IMG/VR virus record: IMGVR_UViG_3300042542_006078
DNA length: 64,000 bases
Source of the DNA: a virus
Lineage: Duplodnaviria > Caudoviricetes
Direction: 5' to 3' (one strand)
This document shows, piece by piece, positions 46,333-54,089 of this stretch. The position numbers and the translations under genes are program-made. A model generated the notes under the pieces. The model was not told where the DNA came from. It saw nothing but the letters and a program-made list of their open reading frames with translations, and ran no database searches. Each line of letters starts with the position of its first letter. The stretch's first letter is position 1.

Positions 46333-47073
46333 ATGGCAAGATTCTTTTGTTTGATGTTATTTTTTGCCACCAACTTCATGGTCTTGGCTGAAAAACCACC
46401 AATTCCATTTGAAGAAAGAACATTCCCTCAAAAACCAAGCATCAAACAATTCCCAAGCGTTTACCTTGCTGTCGATACAAATCCAATAGTCGCCTATGAC
46501 GGCGCTATTGACGAAGATCTTTCTGACCTCATGGTTCCCATACCAATGAGAGATCGAGTATTCAACAGAACAGGAATTCAATGCGTATGGGCATCAACAG
46601 AAGCACTGGGAAGATACGCAGAAGAACCAAAACTAATCAACCTCACAGACGACCCAGAATGTAAAAGCTACGCTGGACCAGCAAGTTATTCACGGAAAAT
46701 GAAAGAGCGTGGCGTAAAATACCAAATGACATATGATACAAGTGAAAGAAATTTAATTAAAAAGTCAGTCGTGCAAGAAAGAAGAGGATGTATGTTCTGC
46801 GTCCCCGGTCATGCAATGGTTATGGTTCATTACGATGAGAAAAAAGGAATTGTAAAATACTTCAATAACTCAGATAGATCATTGGCAATAAGAACTTGGA
46901 CAATGGCTGAATTCAATAAAAGATTTGAAGGATGGGTTTCAGTAATTTATGCCGATAATGATATAGTACCACAAAAATATTCACCTCAAATTCCACAATT
47001 ACCCATCATAGACAGAAATAGCCAACAAGGAATATACGACAAAGAATATATCTTGCAACCATCAAAGAATTGA
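46333..47073 (+). CDS. Secreted papain-fold (C39-like) cysteine peptidase
   Basis: Signal peptide MARFFCLMLFFATNFMVLA; GIQCVWAS (Cys), GHAMVMVHYD (His), YFNNSD. Confidence 0.7.
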   Translation: MARFFCLMLFFATNFMVLAEKPPIPFEERTFPQKPSIKQFPSVYLAVDTNPIVAYDGAIDEDLSDLMVPIPMRDRVFNRTGIQCVWASTEALGRYAEEPKLINLTDDPECKSYAGPASYSRKMKERGVKYQMTYDTSERNLIKKSVVQERRGCMFCVPGHAMVMVHYDEKKGIVKYFNNSDRSLAIRTWTMAEFNKRFEGWVSVIYADNDIVPQKYSPQIPQLPIIDRNSQQGIYDKEYILQPSKN

Positions 47074-47075
47074 AA

Positions 47076-47768
47076 ATGATAAAATTTCCAAAAAATCCAT
47101 TTATGATATTTGCTCATGCAAGGTGTGGATCAACACAATTGACAAAAATACTTAACACAAATGACATCAAAACCATGTACGAGCCATTCAGCAGAGGTTA
47201 TCACAAAGGTGTTTATCTGGAATCTTTCATTGAAAACGGAATGGATGATACATTAAAATCAATAATGTCATTGTGCCAAGGATTCAAACATGAGCGTGAC
47301 CATTTGGAATTTAATCAAAATGTAATATTGCTCAAAAAATTTCCAACAATTTTCATCTACAGAAAAAATATTGTCAACACAGCACTCAGTTTTTTGACAG
47401 CAAAACAAACAAAAATATGGTTTCCAGAACAAGTAAAAGAACAAATAGATTATGCAAAAAATGTAATTATAGATAAAGAAAATTTTTTGAACTATGTTCA
47501 AAAAATTGAGAATATGACAAAACTTTATCTTGTTGTGGAATCCAAATCCATCCAAATAACATACGAAGACTTGTACGGCGAAAATGGAATGGAACACTTG
47601 GAAAAATGTTTTGAATTCATCAAAGCAAAGATAATCAAACCCGAAGAGACAAAAAAACTTCTTCTTCCAGACAAAAAACTCAACAGACTTCCTTGGGAAC
47701 AAGTTATTTTCAACTGGCCCGAAATAGAACAAACTATTTTTGAAAATAATTTACAAATGCCTAGATGA
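47076..47768 (+). CDS. Sulfotransferase (Stf0-like)
   Basis: 5'-PSB-like loop ARCGSTQL; IYRKNIVNTALS; ITYEDL. Confidence 0.8.
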   Translation: MIKFPKNPFMIFAHARCGSTQLTKILNTNDIKTMYEPFSRGYHKGVYLESFIENGMDDTLKSIMSLCQGFKHERDHLEFNQNVILLKKFPTIFIYRKNIVNTALSFLTAKQTKIWFPEQVKEQIDYAKNVIIDKENFLNYVQKIENMTKLYLVVESKSIQITYEDLYGENGMEHLEKCFEFIKAKIIKPEETKKLLLPDKKLNRLPWEQVIFNWPEIEQTIFENNLQMPR

Positions 47769-47770
47769 AA

Positions 47771-47983
47771 TCACTTTTTATTCTTACAATTACAACCCTT
47801 TTTCATTTTTTTCATTTTATCTAAAATAGTAGGAGGCTTCTCATCAGACATATATGTGTTCATTGCAGTTGTAGGAACAGAAGAGCCAAATCCATCAGGC
47901 CCCGGTGACGCAAAAGAAGGCGCACCAGTCATTCCTCCATAATTTTCTCTTTTTTGTAACCAATTGAAAAAAGATCGCTCCAT
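47771..47983 (-). CDS. Small protein with a capsid-targeting-like N-terminus
   Basis: MERSFFNWLQKRE; GGAG RBS; basic C-terminus. Confidence 0.6.
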   Translation of the reverse strand: MERSFFNWLQKRENYGGMTGAPSFASPGPDGFGSSVPTTAMNTYMSDEKPPTILDKMKKMKKGCNCKNKK

Positions 47984-48027
47984 AATCGATATATAGTTTG
48001 TCGGATTCTTTTATAACAAGGAGTGTT

Positions 48028-49092
48028 ATGAAAAATAGTCTTATTAAGACAATTGTCGTCCTTCTGCTTTCGGCAGCTATTTTTGCCACTTACAATAAAA
48101 AGTCTTCTTCTAAAATAATCATAAATTCCTCTCCAAAAGAGACGGAAGTAATTGAAATTCAATCAAAAGAAACAGAAAAATTAAAAACTTTTAATATTTC
48201 AACAAAAATACCAGAGTTTTTAACCTATCCGCAAACAGTAGAACAAATCAAAAAATGGAAAGAAGAAGCAAGCGAAATAGTTCAAGTAGAAAAATATGGA
48301 AAAACAAAAAAAGGAACAGACCTTTATTACATTCGTGTCAATTCTGATGAAAAAAAAGTAAAACCAAAAGTTCTAATTACTGCCTGCATTCATGGTAATG
48401 AACCTCTTGCATCTGGAATAGTCATGGCCTATATTGGCAATTTATTGGAACAATACAATAAAAACAGAGAAATAACCGATCTTGTCAAAACTAGAGATTT
48501 ATATTTTGTTCCAGTAGTATCTCCAGACAGCTATCCAGACTCAAGAATGGTTGACGGAGTTGATCCAAACAGAGATTTTTCAAGCCCTAAATTTCCAAAT
48601 CATCAAAGCAGCCCAAGCGTTGCTGCACTAATCGATCTTTACTGGAAAGTAAGACCATCAGCAGTAATTTCTGGGCATACATTTGGCAGACTTATTCTTA
48701 CTCCATACGGAGACAGATATGACAAATCATTTCACGAAAAAGATTACACAAGAATTGTTGGAAAAATGTCAGAAATGACAGGATATAAGAGAATTCATGC
48801 GGCAGAACTTTACAGCAGACCAATACAAGGAACAGAAGTTGATTGGTTCTACAGAAATGGATCAATGGCTGTCGTGATTGAATTCGGCACACATCAACAC
48901 AAACCATCTTTTTCAGACATTCTCAACGAGTTCAATAAAACAAAGGGCGCAATCTCGCTTTTCATCAACGAAGCACCTATTGTCCCATTCACAGTGGCCG
49001 ACGAAGAGATTGATTTTTCAAAAAATACAGGTATCGCTCATACTTATCGCAAGCCTGCGAACGGAGAACTGACCCCAGCAAGTCATCACTAA
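48028..49092 (+). CDS. M14 zinc carboxypeptidase with an N-terminal signal/anchor
   Basis: IHGNE (HxxE), GVDPNRDF, ISGHTFG, IEFG; AAGGAG before ATG 48028. Confidence 0.92.
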   Translation: MKNSLIKTIVVLLLSAAIFATYNKKSSSKIIINSSPKETEVIEIQSKETEKLKTFNISTKIPEFLTYPQTVEQIKKWKEEASEIVQVEKYGKTKKGTDLYYIRVNSDEKKVKPKVLITACIHGNEPLASGIVMAYIGNLLEQYNKNREITDLVKTRDLYFVPVVSPDSYPDSRMVDGVDPNRDFSSPKFPNHQSSPSVAALIDLYWKVRPSAVISGHTFGRLILTPYGDRYDKSFHEKDYTRIVGKMSEMTGYKRIHAAELYSRPIQGTEVDWFYRNGSMAVVIEFGTHQHKPSFSDILNEFNKTKGAISLFINEAPIVPFTVADEEIDFSKNTGIAHTYRKPANGELTPASHH

Positions 49093-49600
49093 CAGTATTT
49101 TTATAGACAGCAAAATTATTGGGGTTGAAATCAATTGGCTTTACTAATTCTAAGTAATCATTGATCAAATCAGCCCCTCTATCATTCAACAAATCATCAA
49201 AAGTCAACAAAACAGCACCGGGAGTATTTCTTGCCATTTCACAAATTCTTCTCAACCTAAATGTGTAATACCTCACAGCATTCAAAGGCCTATAACCAAA
49301 ATTAGAAATTATTTGCGGAATACATTGTTCTGGACTTCTCAATACATAAATAAACTTGCATGAAGAATAAACATTCTTAGTTGAAATTTGATAATTAAAA
49401 TTAATTTCATCCATGAAAATAGCCGAATTATTATTGGCTTTGTGTCTGCACGACATCAAATTTATAATATTCATACTTGATTCATAGTTGTTCAAATTTT
49501 TACTCTTGTATCCCTGAATGCGGGGATTTTGTTGCATGGCGGCATATAATTGATTGGAACCAGAAAATAAATGGCTACATATGAAAATAACTTTTTTCAT
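48989..49600 (-). CDS. Degenerate sulfotransferase-like protein
   Basis: SHLFSGSNQL (PSB loop lacking Arg), YVLRSPE, LLTFDDL; 104-nt convergent overlap with the M14 gene. Confidence 0.6.
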   Translation of the reverse strand: MKKVIFICSHLFSGSNQLYAAMQQNPRIQGYKSKNLNNYESSMNIINLMSCRHKANNNSAIFMDEINFNYQISTKNVYSSCKFIYVLRSPEQCIPQIISNFGYRPLNAVRYYTFRLRRICEMARNTPGAVLLTFDDLLNDRGADLINDYLELVKPIDFNPNNFAVYKNTVSDDLLGSVLRSQACDKYERYLYFLKNQSLRRPL

Positions 49601-49666
49601 TGGTCATCCGAGAGAAATATTAGAAAGAAAACTAACTATCCATATTAAGAGTTAAAGGTACACAGT

Positions 49667-52174
49667 ATGCCAATTTGGTCAGACTTTTTCAAAATTTTTA
49701 ACTTTTCGGCAGAACCAGACCCTTTGTCTCGCCGCAAAGACCCTAGGCAATTCATCTCGGCAGGAATTAGCCAACCAGAAGCATTAGGCGCAGATATCAA
49801 CAATGGTCAAGTAAGCGGCGGTATGTCCAGCTACCGTCAGACCAACGACATGATTGACACCACCACACTGTCAAATCGTGCCATGCGCTACAAAGAGTAC
49901 GAAAGACTCAGAAATGTGCCAGAAATTGAAATGTCAATGACAGTATATTCAGACGAAGCATGTATATCTGGAGATACTAAGATATCCACACCTTTTGGTT
50001 TCACAACTATTAAACATCTTGCTGAAACCAAAAAAGATGAGCGTTTTCTTGTCTATTGCTACGACTTTGAAAAGAAAGACTATACCCTAGGTTGGGCATA
50101 CGACCCAAGAATTGTTAAAACGGCACCAACTATAAAAATAACACTAGACAACGGATCAACCTATACCGCAACAGAAGATCATCGTGTCCTTCTCAAAAAT
50201 GGCGAATGGACAGAAACAGGAAAACTAAAGTTTGGCGACGAACTCATGCCATTCTACCGTGTTCCAGCACAAACACATATCACTAAAATAAAACATTCCC
50301 AATACCCAAGATTGTTTTCATTTGCCAAAGGATGGATTCACGAAAGACAATTTATTGATGATTGGAAAACTGGAAAAACAACCCGTGACTACCAAATTGT
50401 TAATCGTGCATGCCGCATGATAGCCGGTGGACTGACAACCAGACAAATATCACAACAAATAGAAATGGATTGGCACACAATAGAAGACAGAATGCACAAA
50501 GAAGGATTTTCTTACAAAGAAGTCAAAAGATTGCACGGACTTGGAGAATCAAGAAGAGTAGTTGGAGTATCACCCGGACCAGAACAAGAAGTATACGACC
50601 TTTCAGTAGAAAAACACAAGTGCTTCGCCACAGATTCAGTCATTCTTCATAACTGCCAAAGAGATGAAAGCGGCAATATCCTCAAAGTGACATCTGAAAA
50701 CATGGATGTCAAAGAAGAAATTGAATTCCTTTTCCTCAACAGAAGGATGCTAAATCTAAATCGTCATGGCTGGACTTGGTTCAAAAACCTTTGCATATTT
50801 GGTGACTTCTTCGTTGAAATTATAATAAATCCCGACAATCCAAAAGAAGGCATCTACAGATGTCTACCATTACCTGTCGAAACAATGTATCGAATCGAAA
50901 CAGTAAAAGGAAGAGTAATCGAATACCAACAATCAAAAGAAGGACCAGATTATCAAGCAATAGTTAGAGGATCACCAGTAGAACTCACCGATACCGAACT
51001 AAACCAAACGACAGCAATCAGATTCGCTCCAAGCCAAGTTGTTCATTTCCGAATTGGAGATGATAGAAAAACTTTTTATCCATACGGCCAAAGCCTTATA
51101 GAACCAGCAAGAGCCCCAGCACATAGCCTCAGATTACTAGAAGATGCTATGGTCGTTTACAGATTGACTCGAGCGCCGGAAAGGCGTGTTTTCTACATAG
51201 ATGTAGGTCAATTACCTCCATTCAAAGCCGAAGCATTTATGGATCGCATGAAGGATCAATTCCGCAAAAGAAAGGTCGCTAATAGTAGTGGTGGTGTTGG
51301 CGCAAATGCCGTCGATGAAAGATGGATGCCACCAGCGCAAGATGAAGATTATTGGTTGCCTGTCAGGCCAAATAGTGGAACAAGAATCGATACTCTTCCC
51401 GGTGCTGAGAATCTTGGTGAAATTGATGATGCTGTATATTTCCGAAACAAACTTCTGACAGCACTTAATTTTCCAAAGAATTATTTTAACAATGAAGACC
51501 CCGGTGCAACTAGGATTACACTTTCATCGCAAGATGTCAAATTTGCAAGAATGATTGAAAGACTACAAAGTCACTTTGAAGACGGACTTCTTGAATTGGC
51601 AGAAAGGCATCTTGCTTTAAGAGGTTTCCCACAAGAAAACTATCGTGACCTTCGTGTCAAAATGACTCCTCCAAGCGATTGGAGAGAACTTTCTCGTGCC
51701 GAAGTTGTTAATGCCCGTTATGGAAATGCTGGTACTCTCAAAAGTAGTCAGCTTATGTCAGACTATGACATCATGACTAAGATACTCAAGTATCACAATG
51801 ATGAAGCAGATGAAATGCTCGCAAGACTCAAGATTCAAAAGCTTGAAGATCTCAAGCTTCAAGTATTGGCCCAAAACCCACAACTTTTGGGTGTCGGTAT
51901 TCCCGGTCAAGAAGAAGGCCAAGATCAGCCAGAATTGGGATCTACACCGGGAGGCCCATCACCGATGCCCGGTCCAGAAGGAGAACAGCCTCCTATGCCT
52001 CCAGAAGGATTGCCATCACCTCCAGAAGGCGGAGAATCCCCTAAACAAGCTGGATCTGAACCAACGATCTTGCCTGAACCAAGCAGCGATGATGTCAAAA
52101 AATTTGATCTTGAACTACAAGATTATGAATCAGAGTCCGATATAGAAGACATCGATTATAGCGTAGGTGAATAA
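49667..52174 (+). CDS. gp20: Portal protein (T4 gp20-like) containing an intein
   Basis: EYERLRNVPEI...DEA; MVVYRLTRAPERRVFYIDVGQLP..KAE; EDYWLPVR...GTRIDTLPG.ENLGEIDD; P/E-rich tail. Confidence 0.95.
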   Translation: MPIWSDFFKIFNFSAEPDPLSRRKDPRQFISAGISQPEALGADINNGQVSGGMSSYRQTNDMIDTTTLSNRAMRYKEYERLRNVPEIEMSMTVYSDEACISGDTKISTPFGFTTIKHLAETKKDERFLVYCYDFEKKDYTLGWAYDPRIVKTAPTIKITLDNGSTYTATEDHRVLLKNGEWTETGKLKFGDELMPFYRVPAQTHITKIKHSQYPRLFSFAKGWIHERQFIDDWKTGKTTRDYQIVNRACRMIAGGLTTRQISQQIEMDWHTIEDRMHKEGFSYKEVKRLHGLGESRRVVGVSPGPEQEVYDLSVEKHKCFATDSVILHNCQRDESGNILKVTSENMDVKEEIEFLFLNRRMLNLNRHGWTWFKNLCIFGDFFVEIIINPDNPKEGIYRCLPLPVETMYRIETVKGRVIEYQQSKEGPDYQAIVRGSPVELTDTELNQTTAIRFAPSQVVHFRIGDDRKTFYPYGQSLIEPARAPAHSLRLLEDAMVVYRLTRAPERRVFYIDVGQLPPFKAEAFMDRMKDQFRKRKVANSSGGVGANAVDERWMPPAQDEDYWLPVRPNSGTRIDTLPGAENLGEIDDAVYFRNKLLTALNFPKNYFNNEDPGATRITLSSQDVKFARMIERLQSHFEDGLLELAERHLALRGFPQENYRDLRVKMTPPSDWRELSRAEVVNARYGNAGTLKSSQLMSDYDIMTKILKYHNDEADEMLARLKIQKLEDLKLQVLAQNPQLLGVGIPGQEEGQDQPELGSTPGGPSPMPGPEGEQPPMPPEGLPSPPEGGESPKQAGSEPTILPEPSSDDVKKFDLELQDYESESDIEDIDYSVGE
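49961..50653 (+). mobile_element. Intein (231 aa) in the portal, with an HTH-bearing insert and no intact endonuclease
   Basis: Block A C-ISGDTKI, block B TATEDHRVL, block F VYDLSV, block G ILHN followed by the +1 Cys; in frame. Confidence 0.92.
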
Positions 52175-52431
52175 TGATTAAAATTAGTGTTTCCCAATTG
52201 CCAACAGTCACGATGAAAAATCGTGCAATAGTTGAATCATCTAAACAAGCTGGATGCATGTATTGTGGAAAAATTTTTCAAATTAGTGAAATAAAATCTT
52301 ACACAGATAATCAAAAAACATGCTTATGCCCTCATTGCAATGTCGATGCAGTGATTGGCGATAATTCAGGTTACGAAATTACAGATAAGTCATTGCAAGA
52401 AGCAAATAAATTTTGGTTCACAAAAAAATGA
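52174..52431 (+). CDS. Small zinc-finger protein (CxxC...CxxC)
   Basis: AGCMYCG...TCLCPHCNVDAVIG. Confidence 0.75.
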   Translation: MIKISVSQLPTVTMKNRAIVESSKQAGCMYCGKIFQISEIKSYTDNQKTCLCPHCNVDAVIGDNSGYEITDKSLQEANKFWFTKK

Positions 52432-52457
52432 ATTTTCTTAAAAAAAAAAAATGAAGA

Positions 52458-52464
52458 ATAAATA
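52458..52464 (+). promoter_or_regulatory. Putative late promoter core ATAAATA
   Basis: Upstream of AGGAG-ATG 52491. Confidence 0.4.
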
Positions 52465-52490
52465 ATTCATCCCCTTAATTCAGGAGAAGT

Positions 52491-52772
52491 ATGAACAAGA
52501 AAATTGCAAGCAAATTAAAGGCACAGTATCTGTGCGGAATCATCACAGAAGCACAGTATCACGAAGCTCTTATGACTGGTGGTCCTAATAGATTTGATCC
52601 AACTGGAAAAGCCGCACCTTATTCATCTCATGGCACTCATGAGCTTGGAGAGGTTCACGCAGTAATTCATGGCAGTGAATTAATTCTTTCTTCAAAGGGC
52701 GCAATGGTGCATATTAAACTAAGTCAACAACAAATTGAAGAAATTCTCACCGATCTTGGCGAAAAATATTAA
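52491..52772 (+). CDS. Small hypothetical protein (possible internal head protein)
   Basis: QYLCGIITE resembles the scaffold C-terminal LLVLSGL / LAGI..E motif. Confidence 0.55.
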   Translation: MNKKIASKLKAQYLCGIITEAQYHEALMTGGPNRFDPTGKAAPYSSHGTHELGEVHAVIHGSELILSSKGAMVHIKLSQQQIEEILTDLGEKY

Positions 52773-52802
52773 ATTATAAGAATTTCAAATCTTAAAAAAT
52801 CA

Positions 52803-52837
52803 AAAAAACACCCAACTCAAAAAGTTGGGTGTTTTTT
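52803..52837. terminator. Bidirectional intrinsic terminator
   Basis: aaaaaacacccaact / agttgggtgtttttt inverted repeat between convergent genes. Confidence 0.85.
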
Positions 52838-53486
52838 ATTTGACTGGATATTTCAAGACACATTCAGTCAAGTTACTTGCCCTCATTCCTTTTTTTTCAT
52901 TTCCAACAATTGAAATTGGAATTTTGGTGGGTAATGATGCTCCAGAAAAAATCTTAGTGAAAAAGTTTCCGCCCAAAATCATGTAATAAAACCACCAAGG
53001 AACAATATCCTTCAACAAATATGAACCACCCAAATCATATCCGCATTTTCCATATATCCACTTTACAGATTCAGTGCAATAAAAATTTGAAGAATCATTA
53101 AAATTAAAATCATAACTTGGATCTTCTTCCAAAAATTTATAAATATTTTTCTTAAAACACTCATCATCCAAAAATGATCTATTCTTCAAACGATAAACAC
53201 AAAATTCAGTCATTTGCCAATCATCAAACCAGTCTATCAAACGCAATTTTCTTGTTCCCCAATCTGATACATCAACTGCATATGTTTCACCTTCTTCGAC
53301 AAGAATGCAAGTTCCATGTGAATATGGTGAATTTGTAAAATATTGAATCAGTTTAGAAAATGGTATTCCGAATGGACCGGGAACATTAGCGGCGTTGTAT
53401 ACGATGTCTCCATTTTTAAGTGGCAAAGATTTCAATAAACTAACTATTTCTTTTCTTTTTTCGTAAAGAGGACCAAGTTTAATCAT
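52836..53486 (-). CDS. Permuted papain-like amidase (YiiX/YebB, C92)
   Basis: LKNGDIV...SPYSHG...YDFNF......YCTESV with His before Cys. Confidence 0.85.
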   Translation of the reverse strand: MIKLGPLYEKRKEIVSLLKSLPLKNGDIVYNAANVPGPFGIPFSKLIQYFTNSPYSHGTCILVEEGETYAVDVSDWGTRKLRLIDWFDDWQMTEFCVYRLKNRSFLDDECFKKNIYKFLEEDPSYDFNFNDSSNFYCTESVKWIYGKCGYDLGGSYLLKDIVPWWFYYMILGGNFFTKIFSGASLPTKIPISIVGNEKKGMRASNLTECVLKYPVK

Positions 53487-53495
53487 ATTAATCTC

Positions 53496-53858
53496 TCAGT
53501 GAGCCGTATAGCCATCTGCTGCGTTTGGATATAACTCATCATCATTCGGCTTTATACCGTCAAAATTGCCCAAACCTTTATCATCATTCATACCACCATG
53601 ATGTTTTCTACCTATATTTTGAAAAGAATCCAGCTTGTAATCATTCAAAATTTCTTTTATTTCAGGATCATTCCTATGCTGATTCAAAAAAGCGACCAAT
53701 TCTTGAGGTTTGATTTCCATGATCTTCTTAATAGCCCTTTTGACAACCTCTAAAGAAGCCAATGAATTTTGATCCATGTCATTTTTCTTGTTGTGAATTG
53801 GTTCGTGATCGTAGGAGGCAATCTCCTTTATATTCAAATATTGCTGAAATGTTTTCAT
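53496..53858 (-). CDS. Small protein with a T4 CTS-like N-terminus
   Basis: MKTFQQYLNIKE. Confidence 0.65.
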   Translation of the reverse strand: MKTFQQYLNIKEIASYDHEPIHNKKNDMDQNSLASLEVVKRAIKKIMEIKPQELVAFLNQHRNDPEIKEILNDYKLDSFQNIGRKHHGGMNDDKGLGNFDGIKPNDDELYPNAADGYTAH

Positions 53859-53951
53859 TTATTTGTCCAATTTTACAAGTTGTTGCATACTTATATATGA
53901 TGTTGGATTAGTAATCTGTCACAAGGTGATAGAGTGAAAATAAAAACAATT

Positions 53952-54046
53952 ATGCGGTTCAAAATTTAAGCATGAAGTATACATACTCTCATCGGAAAGA
54001 GCCGAACCGCATGAAATGTTTTGTAATCCGTTGAATTATAACGGAT
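53952..54046 (+). promoter_or_regulatory. Structured 5' leader of the head operon (putative cis-regulatory RNA)
   Basis: atgcggttc (53952-60) pairs with gaaccgcat (54004-12); second hairpin atccgtt/aacggat (54026-46). Confidence 0.45.
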
Positions 54047-54089
54047 AAGTAGAGGGAGTCAGGTGGTCTAAGAAACCGGAGAAATCAAT

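Noticed and set aside
53986-54075. Resemblance of tcggaaagag and ggtctaag to a c-di-GMP-I (GEMM) riboswitch
   Set aside because: The conserved GGCAAA and GACGCAAA core segments are absent and the spacing does not fit; kept only as an unnamed structured leader.
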